From Patescibacteria group bacterium (GTDB lineage Bacteria; Patescibacteriota; Patescibacteriia; UM-FILTER-42-10), in the NCBI GenBank assembly GCA_041664365.1, contig JBAYKW010000005.1, positions 29,204 to 93,203 of the forward strand: DNA of 64,000 nt, given 5' to 3'. This document shows positions 37,196-47,596 of this stretch, one piece after another. The translations under genes and the position numbers were made by a program. Below the pieces are notes generated by a model. The model did not search any database. It was not told the DNA's origin and worked only from the letters and a program-made list of their open reading frames with translations. Position 1 is the first letter of the stretch. Every line of letters starts with the position of its first letter.

Positions 37196-39460
37196 TTACT
37201 CCTGAAAGACGAACCCAATATAGCGGTCTATATTCAAAGTTGTAGTAAAAGAAATCCTTCCCGCTGATATTTCAACCGTACTGTCTTGAGGATATTGCCA
37301 GATTACATCATATTTTTCCGGGAAATTTATGGTTGCGGAAACAACCGAACCTTTCGTCCCCGACTGTTTTTGCATAAATAAACTGTAGGAATCGGACTTG
37401 CTAAATATTCCCTCCGGTTTTACCGTAAAAGGAAGTTTATATGTTGCTGAAACTTGCGATGTCTGCCCGGCTTCCGTACCCACCCAATTACCGAAAACAG
37501 TTTTGTGGAACTCGTTATTGATCCGGGTTTCTGAATTCTCATCAACAATCACCGTCCCCTGCACTTGCTCAAGTAGTTTATCTTCTTCGTATCCCTCGTT
37601 AGGATAGATAAACAACCTCGGATCAACATGACTGAATCCTTCCGCTTCAATCAAAGTACTGCCTTCTGGCACGTACATCCGCATAAAGTCCATATTCTTG
37701 ATACCGGTAATGGAATCACCTTCTTCGCCGGTATGAGTCCTGTTTACCGTCACTTTCGCCTGCACTTCCCCGTTTTCCTGGATCGTAACATTATAATCAA
37801 TTAACTCCTCAATCTCCAGATCCGTTTTACCGCCGGCGATATTTGTATTGATCACACTCAAATAATCCTTCGGCGAATCAATAATCTCCCCCGCCCAGCC
37901 GCGTTCGATGATTGATTGCTGTAGTTCATCGTCGTTAAAATACAGCATCATGTGTTTTTCTTTCAGCAAAGTATTCAAAACTCCCAATATCTGCAGTTGA
38001 TCAATGCGTTCCAGTTCCAATATTTTATTAAAAACTAAAGGGGTTAAATCCGAGATAATTTGTTTCGGTTTATTGGTATCGGAATCTTCCAGTTCGATTT
38101 GCTTGACGACAGTCCGGAAATTTTCCGCGTCCACCGTCACGCCGTAATCCGCGGTCAGATCAATCGGACCGGACAAAGAAAGTAGTGCTTCAATCACATC
38201 CGGGGTCATGGCTATTACCCCGTCAGTAGACGGACCGCCACTCTCTGTAAAAAACCACATCAGCTTTTCCGCTGAGGTCGGAAAATCCGGAAACCAGTTG
38301 GCGTCCTGGAAATACCAGTGCGGATTGACGAGGTGCAATGGTTTTGGCGCGATCACCTGCTCTTTTAACCATCCGTTCAGATCGTATGATCCGCCGCCCG
38401 GAACTTCCAGTTCTTTCATTATACCGTCATTAAAGGTCATCAATGCAAAGCTTCCGATAAATCCTCCAGTCGGACGTAATTCCGCATTGTTTTGAAATAC
38501 AAATAAATATCGCTTCATTGATCCCTGTCCTAATATGGATAACAGTAAATCAGTGAATTGATTGAACTCCTCTAGTCCGGCGCGTAGCGATGGCAGGTTT
38601 TCCTGTACAATTAAAAACTGTTCCCGGTATTCGCTGGGCAGTGATGATATAGAAATTTTCTCCACATTTTCTTCCGCGTTCTTCAGCTCCAAAACCGCCG
38701 GTTTCAGATTACCACTGGCTGAAAGCAGTGCGGTAGTAAAATTAAACGGCTCTTTCGCCTCACCTTCAGCGAGACTGACAAATGGCTCAAATGCTTTCGC
38801 GAGATAATCGCCGGCTGCCGATATTGATTGTCCGGATTTCAGTATGCGTTCGGCAGTAGATACTTCACCACTGGCTACCGGCACTATTTTAACGAGGCCG
38901 GAAACAGTTTCCAGCATCCCTTGGGCATCAACAAAGTTTTGAATTGCCGACATAAACTCCAAAGACGCGTTATTAAAATCTAACTCGGTAAATGATTGAC
39001 CGGCAGTTTGCAGATGATCATATGCCTCCCAGGATTTTCCTAATACACTATCCTTTATCCGGTCCGCCTTATAGTAAGAGGCCAACGCATAAATAGGTAA
39101 AACACACACTGCGGCTATTAATACAAAACCGATCGCTCCCCTGACTTTAGCAGTGGAGAAACTACTGAATGGGTTGTTAAAATCAAACCGGTGCCTTAGT
39201 GTAAAATTGCGTTTTTTCTTTTTCCTTTCTTCCGCGAATGAAAAAACGTCTTTTTCACTTCGATTGAATTGTGCTTTTTCATAAAAATTTAGAAAACCTT
39301 TTCTTGCCTTTTTTGAAAACACATTATCCAGTTTCTCTTTGGCTTCTTCTCTTTCCGAAGCAATTTTTTTCAAATCCAAAACATTGTCCGCCGGAACATC
39401 AAAATCCAGATGACGCTTGAAATTAACGCGGTGTTTTTCTATTTTTTCTTTTGAACCCAT
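37196..39460 (-). CDS. DUF4012 domain protein
   Basis: YLFVFQNNAELRPTGGFIGSF, QDANWFPDFPTSA, NIAGGK. Confidence 0.88.
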   Translation of the reverse strand: MGSKEKIEKHRVNFKRHLDFDVPADNVLDLKKIASEREEAKEKLDNVFSKKARKGFLNFYEKAQFNRSEKDVFSFAEERKKKKRNFTLRHRFDFNNPFSSFSTAKVRGAIGFVLIAAVCVLPIYALASYYKADRIKDSVLGKSWEAYDHLQTAGQSFTELDFNNASLEFMSAIQNFVDAQGMLETVSGLVKIVPVASGEVSTAERILKSGQSISAAGDYLAKAFEPFVSLAEGEAKEPFNFTTALLSASGNLKPAVLELKNAEENVEKISISSLPSEYREQFLIVQENLPSLRAGLEEFNQFTDLLLSILGQGSMKRYLFVFQNNAELRPTGGFIGSFALMTFNDGIMKELEVPGGGSYDLNGWLKEQVIAPKPLHLVNPHWYFQDANWFPDFPTSAEKLMWFFTESGGPSTDGVIAMTPDVIEALLSLSGPIDLTADYGVTVDAENFRTVVKQIELEDSDTNKPKQIISDLTPLVFNKILELERIDQLQILGVLNTLLKEKHMMLYFNDDELQQSIIERGWAGEIIDSPKDYLSVINTNIAGGKTDLEIEELIDYNVTIQENGEVQAKVTVNRTHTGEEGDSITGIKNMDFMRMYVPEGSTLIEAEGFSHVDPRLFIYPNEGYEEDKLLEQVQGTVIVDENSETRINNEFHKTVFGNWVGTEAGQTSQVSATYKLPFTVKPEGIFSKSDSYSLFMQKQSGTKGSVVSATINFPEKYDVIWQYPQDSTVEISAGRISFTTTLNIDRYIGFVFQE

Positions 39461-39463
39461 AAC

Positions 39464-40591
39464 TTAAAATAATTCCTTTAAGTAAATTGAATGTGTCTTT
39501 TCGACCATCTTTATCCAACTGAACTGTTTTATGTGTTCACGTCCTTTTGCTCGCAAACTTTCCTGCAATGATTTATCCTGGATTACCGTTTTTAGTACCT
39601 GTACTATATCACTTATTTCATCCGGATGAAAGTATTTTGCCGCGTCGCCCAGTATCTCGGGCATACACGGAGCATTTGAAGATAATACAGGCAAGTCATA
39701 ACTCATTGCCTCCAGTGGTGGTAAGCCGAAACCTTCAATTGAAGACGGGAAAACATATAGCATGGCCGAACGATAAAACAATGGCAGTTCGGCATCGCTG
39801 ATAAACCCGGTAAAGATTACATTGTCGGTAATTCCATACTCTTTAACCGATAACTCCAGTCGCTCGGAGAAATAATCCCGCTTGCCGACCAAGACTAACT
39901 GCACGTCAATCTTCTCTTCTTCACGCAATTTTTTGAAAGCGATGATCAGTCTTTCCAGATTTTTGTGCGGATAGGTGTTTCCGACATACAACAGAAACGG
40001 TTTGGTAATATTATGCCTTTGGGCAATTTCAGAAAAATCTCCCTCACCCTGTCTGGGCGCGTCGCACGCTTCATATGTTACTACCACCTTTTCATCTTTA
40101 ACTTTGAAATGTTTCACTATTTCTTGTTTGGAAAACTGAGAAACAGTAATGATTCTTTCCGCTTTTTTTGCCGCCATCCAGATAACTATTTTATACCCTG
40201 TTTGTTTTGCCTTATACAGAATCGGGCCGAGCTTAGTTGCTCGTCTGGTGGGAAAATGCGTAATTATCAGATCGTGAATGGTTACTACAAATTTTCCCCG
40301 GTATAATATCGGGATGTTAAAATGAGGGAAATGCATCAGATCCACTTTTTCCTTTTTTATTTTTCCGGGCATCTTGAGCTGTTCAGCCAGCGAATACCAG
40401 CGATAATCCGCCAGCACTTTTTTAAACCTGCTGTTTTTCGGCTGAAATTCGTCCCAATTATCTTTGCGTAAAAAAACTACATACTCATTATTATCATCAA
40501 TATCCTGCAGATAATCTACGAGCTTTTGGGTATACCTACCCGGACCTGTTCTGGTCGGCCCGTAAAACCGGGCGTCTATTCCTATTCTCAT
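39464..40591 (-). CDS. Glycosyltransferase family 4
   Basis: IGIDAR, TIHDL, EGFGLPPLEAM. Confidence 0.92.
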   Translation of the reverse strand: MRIGIDARFYGPTRTGPGRYTQKLVDYLQDIDDNNEYVVFLRKDNWDEFQPKNSRFKKVLADYRWYSLAEQLKMPGKIKKEKVDLMHFPHFNIPILYRGKFVVTIHDLIITHFPTRRATKLGPILYKAKQTGYKIVIWMAAKKAERIITVSQFSKQEIVKHFKVKDEKVVVTYEACDAPRQGEGDFSEIAQRHNITKPFLLYVGNTYPHKNLERLIIAFKKLREEEKIDVQLVLVGKRDYFSERLELSVKEYGITDNVIFTGFISDAELPLFYRSAMLYVFPSSIEGFGLPPLEAMSYDLPVLSSNAPCMPEILGDAAKYFHPDEISDIVQVLKTVIQDKSLQESLRAKGREHIKQFSWIKMVEKTHSIYLKELF

Positions 40592-40609
40592 ATTGATTCG
40601 TTTTACTAC

Positions 40610-41752
40610 CTATAAAGATACAAGATTTTGAAAAAGATTCAAAGTATCTCGTGCGCTGTTTTCCCAGGTGAATTTTTCTGCCTGCTTTCTCCCCTTTTGC
40701 GAAAGATTTTCAGATAATTGTTCATTATTCAGAACCTGCTTAAATGCTTCAACCAGCTCATCAATATTGTGAGGATCAATCAGTACGGCAGAATTTTCAC
40801 AAATCTCGGCAAGCGATGAAGAATAACTGGCGATTACCGGCGTTCCGGCTGACATCGCTTCGAGCGGAGGAAAACCGAATCCTTCATAAAACGAGGGATA
40901 GACAAAGCATTTAGCTAATTGGTAGATCGCCGGTTTGTCTTCGTTTGGGATATAACCGAGAACATGCACTCTGTTTTGTAATCCGGGCTTTGCGATGAGG
41001 CTATTGATCTGTTGTTCGCTTCCCTGCGCAGCTCCGGCTAAAACCAGGTGGCAGTCGGAATCCTTGGCAAATTCAGCGAAAGCTTCAACAACCATTTCAA
41101 TATTCTTTCTGGGCTCAAGCGCGGCTAAACTCAAAATATATTTTTCCGGCAGATTATATTTTCTGATTACATTATTTTTTATATCAGCATTTTCACTGCT
41201 GTAAAATTCATAATCAATACCCGGATAAATTCTCTGTACTTTTTCCGGCGGAACATTTAATACCTCAATTATGTCATTGCGAGTGTGGTCGGATACTGCG
41301 ATTATTTTATCAAACTGACTGACCAGTTTTTTAGCATTAATCACCTCATGCCAGAAACGCCCTTTTGCGGAATACAAACCAGGATAGAGAATAAAAGATA
41401 AATCATGCAAAGTTATTACTTTTTTCGGGATTTGTGACAATGCCAGAAAAATAATGTTGGGTTCAAAAAATATATCCACACCCCCCATCATTTTATCGAT
41501 TTTTGGTTTATGCAAAAAACGAAAACTGGCATTCAATAATTTATTTGGATACGAAAAATTCTTAAAATTCACGTTTGATTGTGTGAATTTTCCTTGAAAA
41601 AATGCTGCGGCATTTTTATAACTGTTCGAAAACAGAAAATACTCGTTCTGAGTATCTATCTGCAACAAGTTTTCTATAATTTTTTCAGTATAAACCGATA
41701 TCCCACCCGCTTTTTTTTCAAGCAGTGAGCGCACATCGATACCAATTTTCAT
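40610..41752 (-). CDS. Glycosyltransferase family 4
   Basis: TLHDL, EPRKN, YEGFGFPPLEAM. Confidence 0.92.
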   Translation of the reverse strand: MKIGIDVRSLLEKKAGGISVYTEKIIENLLQIDTQNEYFLFSNSYKNAAAFFQGKFTQSNVNFKNFSYPNKLLNASFRFLHKPKIDKMMGGVDIFFEPNIIFLALSQIPKKVITLHDLSFILYPGLYSAKGRFWHEVINAKKLVSQFDKIIAVSDHTRNDIIEVLNVPPEKVQRIYPGIDYEFYSSENADIKNNVIRKYNLPEKYILSLAALEPRKNIEMVVEAFAEFAKDSDCHLVLAGAAQGSEQQINSLIAKPGLQNRVHVLGYIPNEDKPAIYQLAKCFVYPSFYEGFGFPPLEAMSAGTPVIASYSSSLAEICENSAVLIDPHNIDELVEAFKQVLNNEQLSENLSQKGRKQAEKFTWENSARDTLNLFQNLVSL

Positions 41753-41760
41753 AAATAGTT

Positions 41761-42390
41761 TTAAATATTTTCCTTTGCCTGCGACGGAGTTTTGAAATAT
41801 CGGATCATATATACAAAAACAATGCTCAATACTAATCCGACAATAAATCCGATAATGGTTGTCAGAATAATTTGAGGATCATTTTTCACAATTACCGGCT
41901 TTTCACCGACAATTTCAAAAAGTGCTTTATTATCCGCAGTTTGATTGATTGTAACCGCTTTTTCTTCAACGACTAAAATTACCGCCTGGGAAATTTTATT
42001 TGCTGTTTCTTCATCACGCTCGTTAAATCTGACGACGATGTTTTGTGGTGAATATTTCTTTGTTTTAAAACGATTCGCAAACTTTTCCAGCGATTCAATC
42101 TTTGGATCGACATCTCCATTTTCATATATATCCAAAAGGACTGACGGGGTAAGAAACCAACTGATCACGGTTTGAGAAAAAAGATCAGATGCCTGGATAC
42201 CGAAATAACTGTCATCATAGTACGGGGTATCCTGTTTATTTATTCTGTTCACAGCAAAAGAGATGGATGAAGCATAGGTTACCGGTCGGTAGTTAGTAAC
42301 CAAAAATGCACCCAACGCGACTAACAGTGTAAAAGTGATGATAAACACTCTGCTTTTTCTCAAAATTGATATATGCTCTTTTAATTCCAT
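41761..42390 (-). CDS. Wzz/CpsC-like polysaccharide chain-length protein
   Basis: N- and C-terminal TMs with a P.Y.S motif; within the EPS cluster. Confidence 0.7.
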   Translation of the reverse strand: MELKEHISILRKSRVFIITFTLLVALGAFLVTNYRPVTYASSISFAVNRINKQDTPYYDDSYFGIQASDLFSQTVISWFLTPSVLLDIYENGDVDPKIESLEKFANRFKTKKYSPQNIVVRFNERDEETANKISQAVILVVEEKAVTINQTADNKALFEIVGEKPVIVKNDPQIILTTIIGFIVGLVLSIVFVYMIRYFKTPSQAKENI

Positions 42391-42395
42391 AATTT

Positions 42396-43505
42396 TTACT
42401 TAATATTAGTATTTTCAAAGTTTTTATATGCCTCTAAAACGTATGACTTAATCTTATCTTTAAATGCAGTTGTGTCAAATGTCTCTGCATGAGCCCTGAT
42501 TTCATCCTTCGAATAACTTTCCGGCTTAAAGTGGATTATCGTATCCGCCAGTGCTTCCCATGCCTGGTCAGAAAACAACTCCCCAGTTTTTCCCGGAACC
42601 ACAATTTCGCGTGCTCCGCCTTTATTGAAGGCAATAACCGGCCTCCCGGAAGCCATCGATTCAATCATTACGATGCCAAAATCTTCTTCCTGCGGATTAA
42701 TAAATGCGAGCGCCTCGCTGAATAGTTTCATCTTTTCTGTTTCCGATACTTTTCCGACAAATTCTATGTTTGGTCGGGCCATCTTTTTAAGATTATCTAG
42801 TTCCGGTCCGACGCCAAATATTTTTAATGGAATACCCAGCCGGTTAAAAGCCTGCACACCTATATCAAATCGTTTATATGATACCAGTCTTCCTCCCATC
42901 AAATAATAGTTTCCTAGACTATTACTCACCGAAAATTTCCTGATATCTACCGGCGGATGAATAATAATACTGTCACGTTTATAGTATTTTTTGATCCGGT
43001 GCTGGACAATCTTAGAATTACTGATAAATTTATCCACCCGATCCGCCGCCAGCTGGTCCCACAAACGTAATTTATGTAAAATAAACGGAACTATTTTTTT
43101 TACGACCGGCCCGTAGGCAAGCTCCTGTACATAGCTGTGTGTATCACTCCATAGAAATCTGGTCGGCGTGTGGCAATAGCAGACATGCAAAGTTTCCGGT
43201 TTGGTGATAATTCCTTTTGCAAATGCGGAAGTGCTGGACAAAACTATATCATATTCCGATAAATCATAACTTTCCGTGGCGGCAGGCATTAGTTTAATAA
43301 ACCATTTATAATGTTTAACACCTCCGGGTAATTTTTGGATAAACGATGTGCGGATATCTTTGTTGGCAAAATTAGCATTAGCCTGTTTCGGATTGTACAC
43401 AAGCACATAGGTAGGCGCCTGGGGAAAAATCTCCTGAAATGCCATCAGTACCTTTTCCGCACCTCCGTCTTGTGCTAGATGATCATGGATTAATGCTACT
43501 TTCAT
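42396..43505 (-). CDS. Glycosyltransferase family 4
   Basis: HDHLAQDGGAEKV, YCHTPTR, EEDFGIVMIESMASG. Confidence 0.92.
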   Translation of the reverse strand: MKVALIHDHLAQDGGAEKVLMAFQEIFPQAPTYVLVYNPKQANANFANKDIRTSFIQKLPGGVKHYKWFIKLMPAATESYDLSEYDIVLSSTSAFAKGIITKPETLHVCYCHTPTRFLWSDTHSYVQELAYGPVVKKIVPFILHKLRLWDQLAADRVDKFISNSKIVQHRIKKYYKRDSIIIHPPVDIRKFSVSNSLGNYYLMGGRLVSYKRFDIGVQAFNRLGIPLKIFGVGPELDNLKKMARPNIEFVGKVSETEKMKLFSEALAFINPQEEDFGIVMIESMASGRPVIAFNKGGAREIVVPGKTGELFSDQAWEALADTIIHFKPESYSKDEIRAHAETFDTTAFKDKIKSYVLEAYKNFENTNIK

Positions 43506-43522
43506 ATATTTATCATATCATA

Positions 43523-44914
43523 TTATGCCGCGGAACGCTTAGCTATAAGCGCAAACGGAGTTCTGAAAATTAACTGCAAATCCAGCATCATAGACCAGTT
43601 TTCAATATAATAGACATCCAACCTGGCTTCGTCTTCAAAGTTTAAATCAGATCTGCCTGATACCTGAGCCATGCCGGTGATGCCGGGCTTGATCGTGAGC
43701 AGTGTTTTATGATGCTTTTGATATTTACTGACTTCTTCCGGTTCATGCGGACGCGGTCCGACGATACTCATATGGCTTTTTAACACGTTCCATAACTGCG
43801 GCAGTTCATCAATACTGCTGGTCCGTAAAAACTTACCAAAACGGGTAATTCTCGGGTCATTCTTCATTTTAAATAAAGGGCCGTCGGAGCGCTCATTAAA
43901 CTGCGTCAGATCTTTCTTCATATTGTGAGCGCCCTGTACCATCGAACGGAATTTATACAAAGTAAACGTCTTCCCCCTTCTGCCGACTCTTTCCAGTTTT
44001 ACAAACACTGGGCCTGTAGAATCAAGTTTGATAATTATTCCTACTACCAGAAATACCGGCAGCAGGATAACCAGAAGAATTACAGAAATAAAAATATCAA
44101 AAACCCTTTTTAATATTTTCCCCCAGCCGTCAAGCGGAGTGCGTTTCAATTCAATCACAGGAATATCAGCAAGCGGTGTAATAACGATATTTGTAGCAGA
44201 TGTATCAAAAAGGTTTGCTACATATTTGAAGGTAATATGATATTCATTACACAAATCAATGATCTTTAAAACGTATGGTTTGTCGATATCCGAATCTGCC
44301 TGAATAACTTCATCAATCAAAGAGCTCTCGAAAGCATGTCTAATTTGCCCAATATCATCTTCACTTTTAATCTGTATATGCTCAACAATCTTATAACCCA
44401 GCGCCGGATTATCCCGCATGATTTTTACGATCCCGTTATCGGATAATTCCCGCGCAATAACCGCGACTCTGTGTGATCCAATCCCTTTTTTCAGAAGCTT
44501 GCGCTGAATAGAGCGCACAATGAATCTTTCAATGCCAATAAAGAGAATCGTCAGTATCCATCCTGTGAGCACAATAAAACGGGATGAAAATAGTTCCCGT
44601 TGAAAAAATATTACGATAATTATCACCAGTACTGCCGTTGAACACGCCAATACTATTTTTGTAAATTCTTCCACCATTTTTCTGGTGGACCGGATACTAT
44701 ACAGCCCGCTGAAAGCAAACACAATCACCCAGAGCAAACTGGCAAAAATCAGAATCGGAATAAACTCTTTCAACGGCATTTCATAGATAACCGGGCGCAG
44801 TTCAGAAACAAAAGATCCGAACCGAAGTCCATAAGATGCCAATCCGGCTAAAACTATAACAACAAAATCCAAAGGAACCAGAATTGCGCTGAATGATAGT
44901 TCCGATTTATTCAT
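43523..44914 (-). CDS. Polyprenyl-phosphate glycosylphosphotransferase (WcaJ/CpsE-like)
   Basis: KRVFDI, YKFRSM, DELPQLWNVL, SIVGPRP, KPGITGMAQV. Confidence 0.93.
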   Translation of the reverse strand: MNKSELSFSAILVPLDFVVIVLAGLASYGLRFGSFVSELRPVIYEMPLKEFIPILIFASLLWVIVFAFSGLYSIRSTRKMVEEFTKIVLACSTAVLVIIIVIFFQRELFSSRFIVLTGWILTILFIGIERFIVRSIQRKLLKKGIGSHRVAVIARELSDNGIVKIMRDNPALGYKIVEHIQIKSEDDIGQIRHAFESSLIDEVIQADSDIDKPYVLKIIDLCNEYHITFKYVANLFDTSATNIVITPLADIPVIELKRTPLDGWGKILKRVFDIFISVILLVILLPVFLVVGIIIKLDSTGPVFVKLERVGRRGKTFTLYKFRSMVQGAHNMKKDLTQFNERSDGPLFKMKNDPRITRFGKFLRTSSIDELPQLWNVLKSHMSIVGPRPHEPEEVSKYQKHHKTLLTIKPGITGMAQVSGRSDLNFEDEARLDVYYIENWSMMLDLQLIFRTPFALIAKRSAA

Positions 44915-45034
44915 CCCGTAAAAATTATGAGTTATAGAATTATTAACACCGCTATATCCTTATCAATTACAGTATACCTTTCATTAGGACAGATTAGCCA
45001 AATAGAGGTTCATGTTAAGACCCCTATTTTAGAG

Positions 45035-45532
45035 TTGCCGATATCCAAGCCTATAAGCCGAATTTTGTATTCCGCATAGCGGAACGATGATTATCTATCT
45101 AGCCATGTACCGAAACGCGGCGCGTCTGGTACGTGGTCAAGCGATCAACCCGCCCCCGTTGCATTTATTGCTAAATACCCGGGGACCTATTTAATCTTGC
45201 ACCGGATAGGGTTTTTCATCCCCTTCTGTTGCCAAAAGAGGAAAAGGATTCTTAGGCCCTTACTTTTCACCCTTACCCCACCAATTACGGGGCGGTTTTG
45301 TCTCTGTGACACTATCCCTAGGACTTCCGGACATTAAAAAGTCTATAGAACTCTTCAATCCCCTTTATTCCCGGCCCGAGTTACGAGCTATCCACTTCTC
45401 CTCACACCAATATTTTGAACAGAAAAAATCAATTTATTCATAACATTGGTGTGAGGAGGGTGTTCGGACTTTCCTCCCAGTACATATGCTTTTGCAATGT
45501 TCCGGGCAATCATCCAGCTTAGATAACGGCAA
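45035..45532 (-). ncRNA. rnpB: RNase P RNA
   Basis: Minus strand GAGGAAAGUCCGAACAC and 3' ACAAAAUUCGGCUUAU; terminal P1 pairing. Confidence 0.9.
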
Positions 45533-45559
45533 TGTATATCATACTACAAAACGCCAGAT

Positions 45560-45596
45560 TGTCAACCCCATTAGAGAACTTTTCTAACGGGGTCAA
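45560..45596 (-). repeat. TTGAC-CCCGTTAGA palindromic element supplying the rnpB -35 box
   Basis: Minus strand TTGACCCCGTTAGAAAAGTTCTCTAATGGGGTTGACA, then TATGAT 16 bp downstream. Confidence 0.75.
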
Positions 45597-45650
45597 TTCC
45601 TATACTTACTAAATACAATCATAAAAACTAAATTGATTATTGAGATACTA

Positions 45651-46067
45651 TTAACTTCCGAGTCGCTTATCCAGACACAAATTCACCTGGGCATCAGCCA
45701 GTTTATTTTTTTCTCTCGGGATGTGATGATATTCAACAGAATCAAATTTTTGCACCAGATTCCAAACCTGGACAAAAAGCGTAGCGAGCCCGGCATCTTT
45801 CACTTTATATTTTCGGTTCAACTGGTTAACAATCAATTCACTGTCTGAATAAATTTTGATCCTGGTTCCATTCAGTTCAATAGCTTTTTTCAGCGCTAAA
45901 ATTATGGCTCGGTATTCCGCCTGATTGTTAGTTGTTTCTCCCAGATATTCAGAATATTCACCCAGTATTTTTTTATGCTCATCAAATATCACAACACCAG
46001 ATGCGGCCGGTCCGGGATTACCGCGCGCTCCACCGTCTGTAAATATTATTAATACATCATGTTTCAT
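45651..46067 (-). CDS. rnhA: Ribonuclease HI
   Basis: TDGGARGNPG, TNNQAEY, DSEL, NKLAD. Confidence 0.92.
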   Translation of the reverse strand: MKHDVLIIFTDGGARGNPGPAASGVVIFDEHKKILGEYSEYLGETTNNQAEYRAIILALKKAIELNGTRIKIYSDSELIVNQLNRKYKVKDAGLATLFVQVWNLVQKFDSVEYHHIPREKNKLADAQVNLCLDKRLGS

Positions 46068-47596
46068 ATCTTCTTATTTGAGTAAATAAAATCTAGTATT
46101 TCTTTCTCAGTTAGCAATTCTACTGGTGCCTTATTGTCGTATAGTATATTTGCACTTTGGTCTTGTTGAACAGTTATAACTTTTTGTGCGACTTCTTTTA
46201 CAATATCATTTAGAATACCGATACTATTTTTTTTCTGCATGGAATCAAATTCTAAATCTTTATCAGATGCAACGACTAACCAATTGAATCCATCTCTTCC
46301 TAATGGAACAGCATAAGTATTTCGATAAACTGATTTTACAGTTTGAAGTATGCTTTGGAGAAGACGAGATTCATATTTTATGGCATTTATATTCATTGCC
46401 AGAATTCCGTTTTCATTCAAATGTTCATTAACTTCATTAAAATATTCTTGTGTTGATAAATGAAAAGGTATATAGATTTGTTGTGCATACGCATCAACAA
46501 TTATCAAATCATACTTTTTATCTGATGCTCTGAGAAAGGTTCTTCCGTCAGAAGTATAGATATTTATATCTTGATTATTCAGATCAAAATATTCTTTTGC
46601 TGCGGTAATAACACCAGGGTCAAATTCTACTCCGTCTATTTTTAAATTATATTTGTCCTCAAATAAATTTAAATACTGATGACTAATTGTTCCACCTCCT
46701 AAGCCAATCAATAAAACATCCAAATCACCCGTATTATTCTTATGTAAATATGGCAGTACAGAATAATAATCATAATAATTATCCAATATGATATTTTTAG
46801 GATCATATATTGATTGCACTCCGTGACCATCATTTATCAGTAGTAAATATCTGTCAGAATTTTCTTCCTTTACTACTTGTACATACTGATAAGGAGTTTC
46901 TTTCTCATAAACAAGTCCTTTTGATGGTTTAATAATATCTTTACTGAATAAAAATATAAATACAATCGGGATAGCCACAAATAGATAAAATAAAAATTTA
47001 TTCTTTTTCATTCCCAGTGCTCCAAGTAGTAACAAGACAGATGACGATATAAATATTGTTTCTCTAGTACCAACAAACGGAATTAACCAAAATGATGATA
47101 GAAAAGTTCCTAGGATACTACCAATAGTAGAAAATGCATAAAGATTACCTGCTGTTTTTCCACTATTTTCAACTGATGAAACGGAGATTCTAATAGCAAA
47201 AGGACTTACCATGCCAAGTAAGAATATCGGGATAAAAAACAAAATTACCATCACAAAAAAAGACCCGATGATTAACTCCGCGCCAAACAATAACCTTGCA
47301 ATAATAATTTCTATGAACTGATAGAATAAAATAGGTATAAAAGTGGCAAACAGACCAGCAACAACTAAAATAAGCATTAAACATTCAATTTCCGGGTGCT
47401 TATCAGCATATTTACCACCAATCCAATAACCTAAGGATAGCGCAATTAAAACTACACCGATTATACTTCCCCATACAAAAATAGATGTACCAAAATATGG
47501 TGCTAATAACCTAGAGGCTGCCATTTCAATAGCCATTACTGCAGCGCCAGCGCCAAACACAATTGAATAAAGGAATATTTTTTTGTCTCTATTCAT
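46064..47596 (-). CDS. Fused membrane domain/spermidine synthase-like methyltransferase
   Basis: RLLAPYFG, STIGSILG, IGLGGG, DGRTFL, IIVDAY. Confidence 0.88.
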   Translation of the reverse strand: MNRDKKIFLYSIVFGAGAAVMAIEMAASRLLAPYFGTSIFVWGSIIGVVLIALSLGYWIGGKYADKHPEIECLMLILVVAGLFATFIPILFYQFIEIIIARLLFGAELIIGSFFVMVILFFIPIFLLGMVSPFAIRISVSSVENSGKTAGNLYAFSTIGSILGTFLSSFWLIPFVGTRETIFISSSVLLLLGALGMKKNKFLFYLFVAIPIVFIFLFSKDIIKPSKGLVYEKETPYQYVQVVKEENSDRYLLLINDGHGVQSIYDPKNIILDNYYDYYSVLPYLHKNNTGDLDVLLIGLGGGTISHQYLNLFEDKYNLKIDGVEFDPGVITAAKEYFDLNNQDINIYTSDGRTFLRASDKKYDLIIVDAYAQQIYIPFHLSTQEYFNEVNEHLNENGILAMNINAIKYESRLLQSILQTVKSVYRNTYAVPLGRDGFNWLVVASDKDLEFDSMQKKNSIGILNDIVKEVAQKVITVQQDQSANILYDNKAPVELLTEKEILDFIYSNKKI

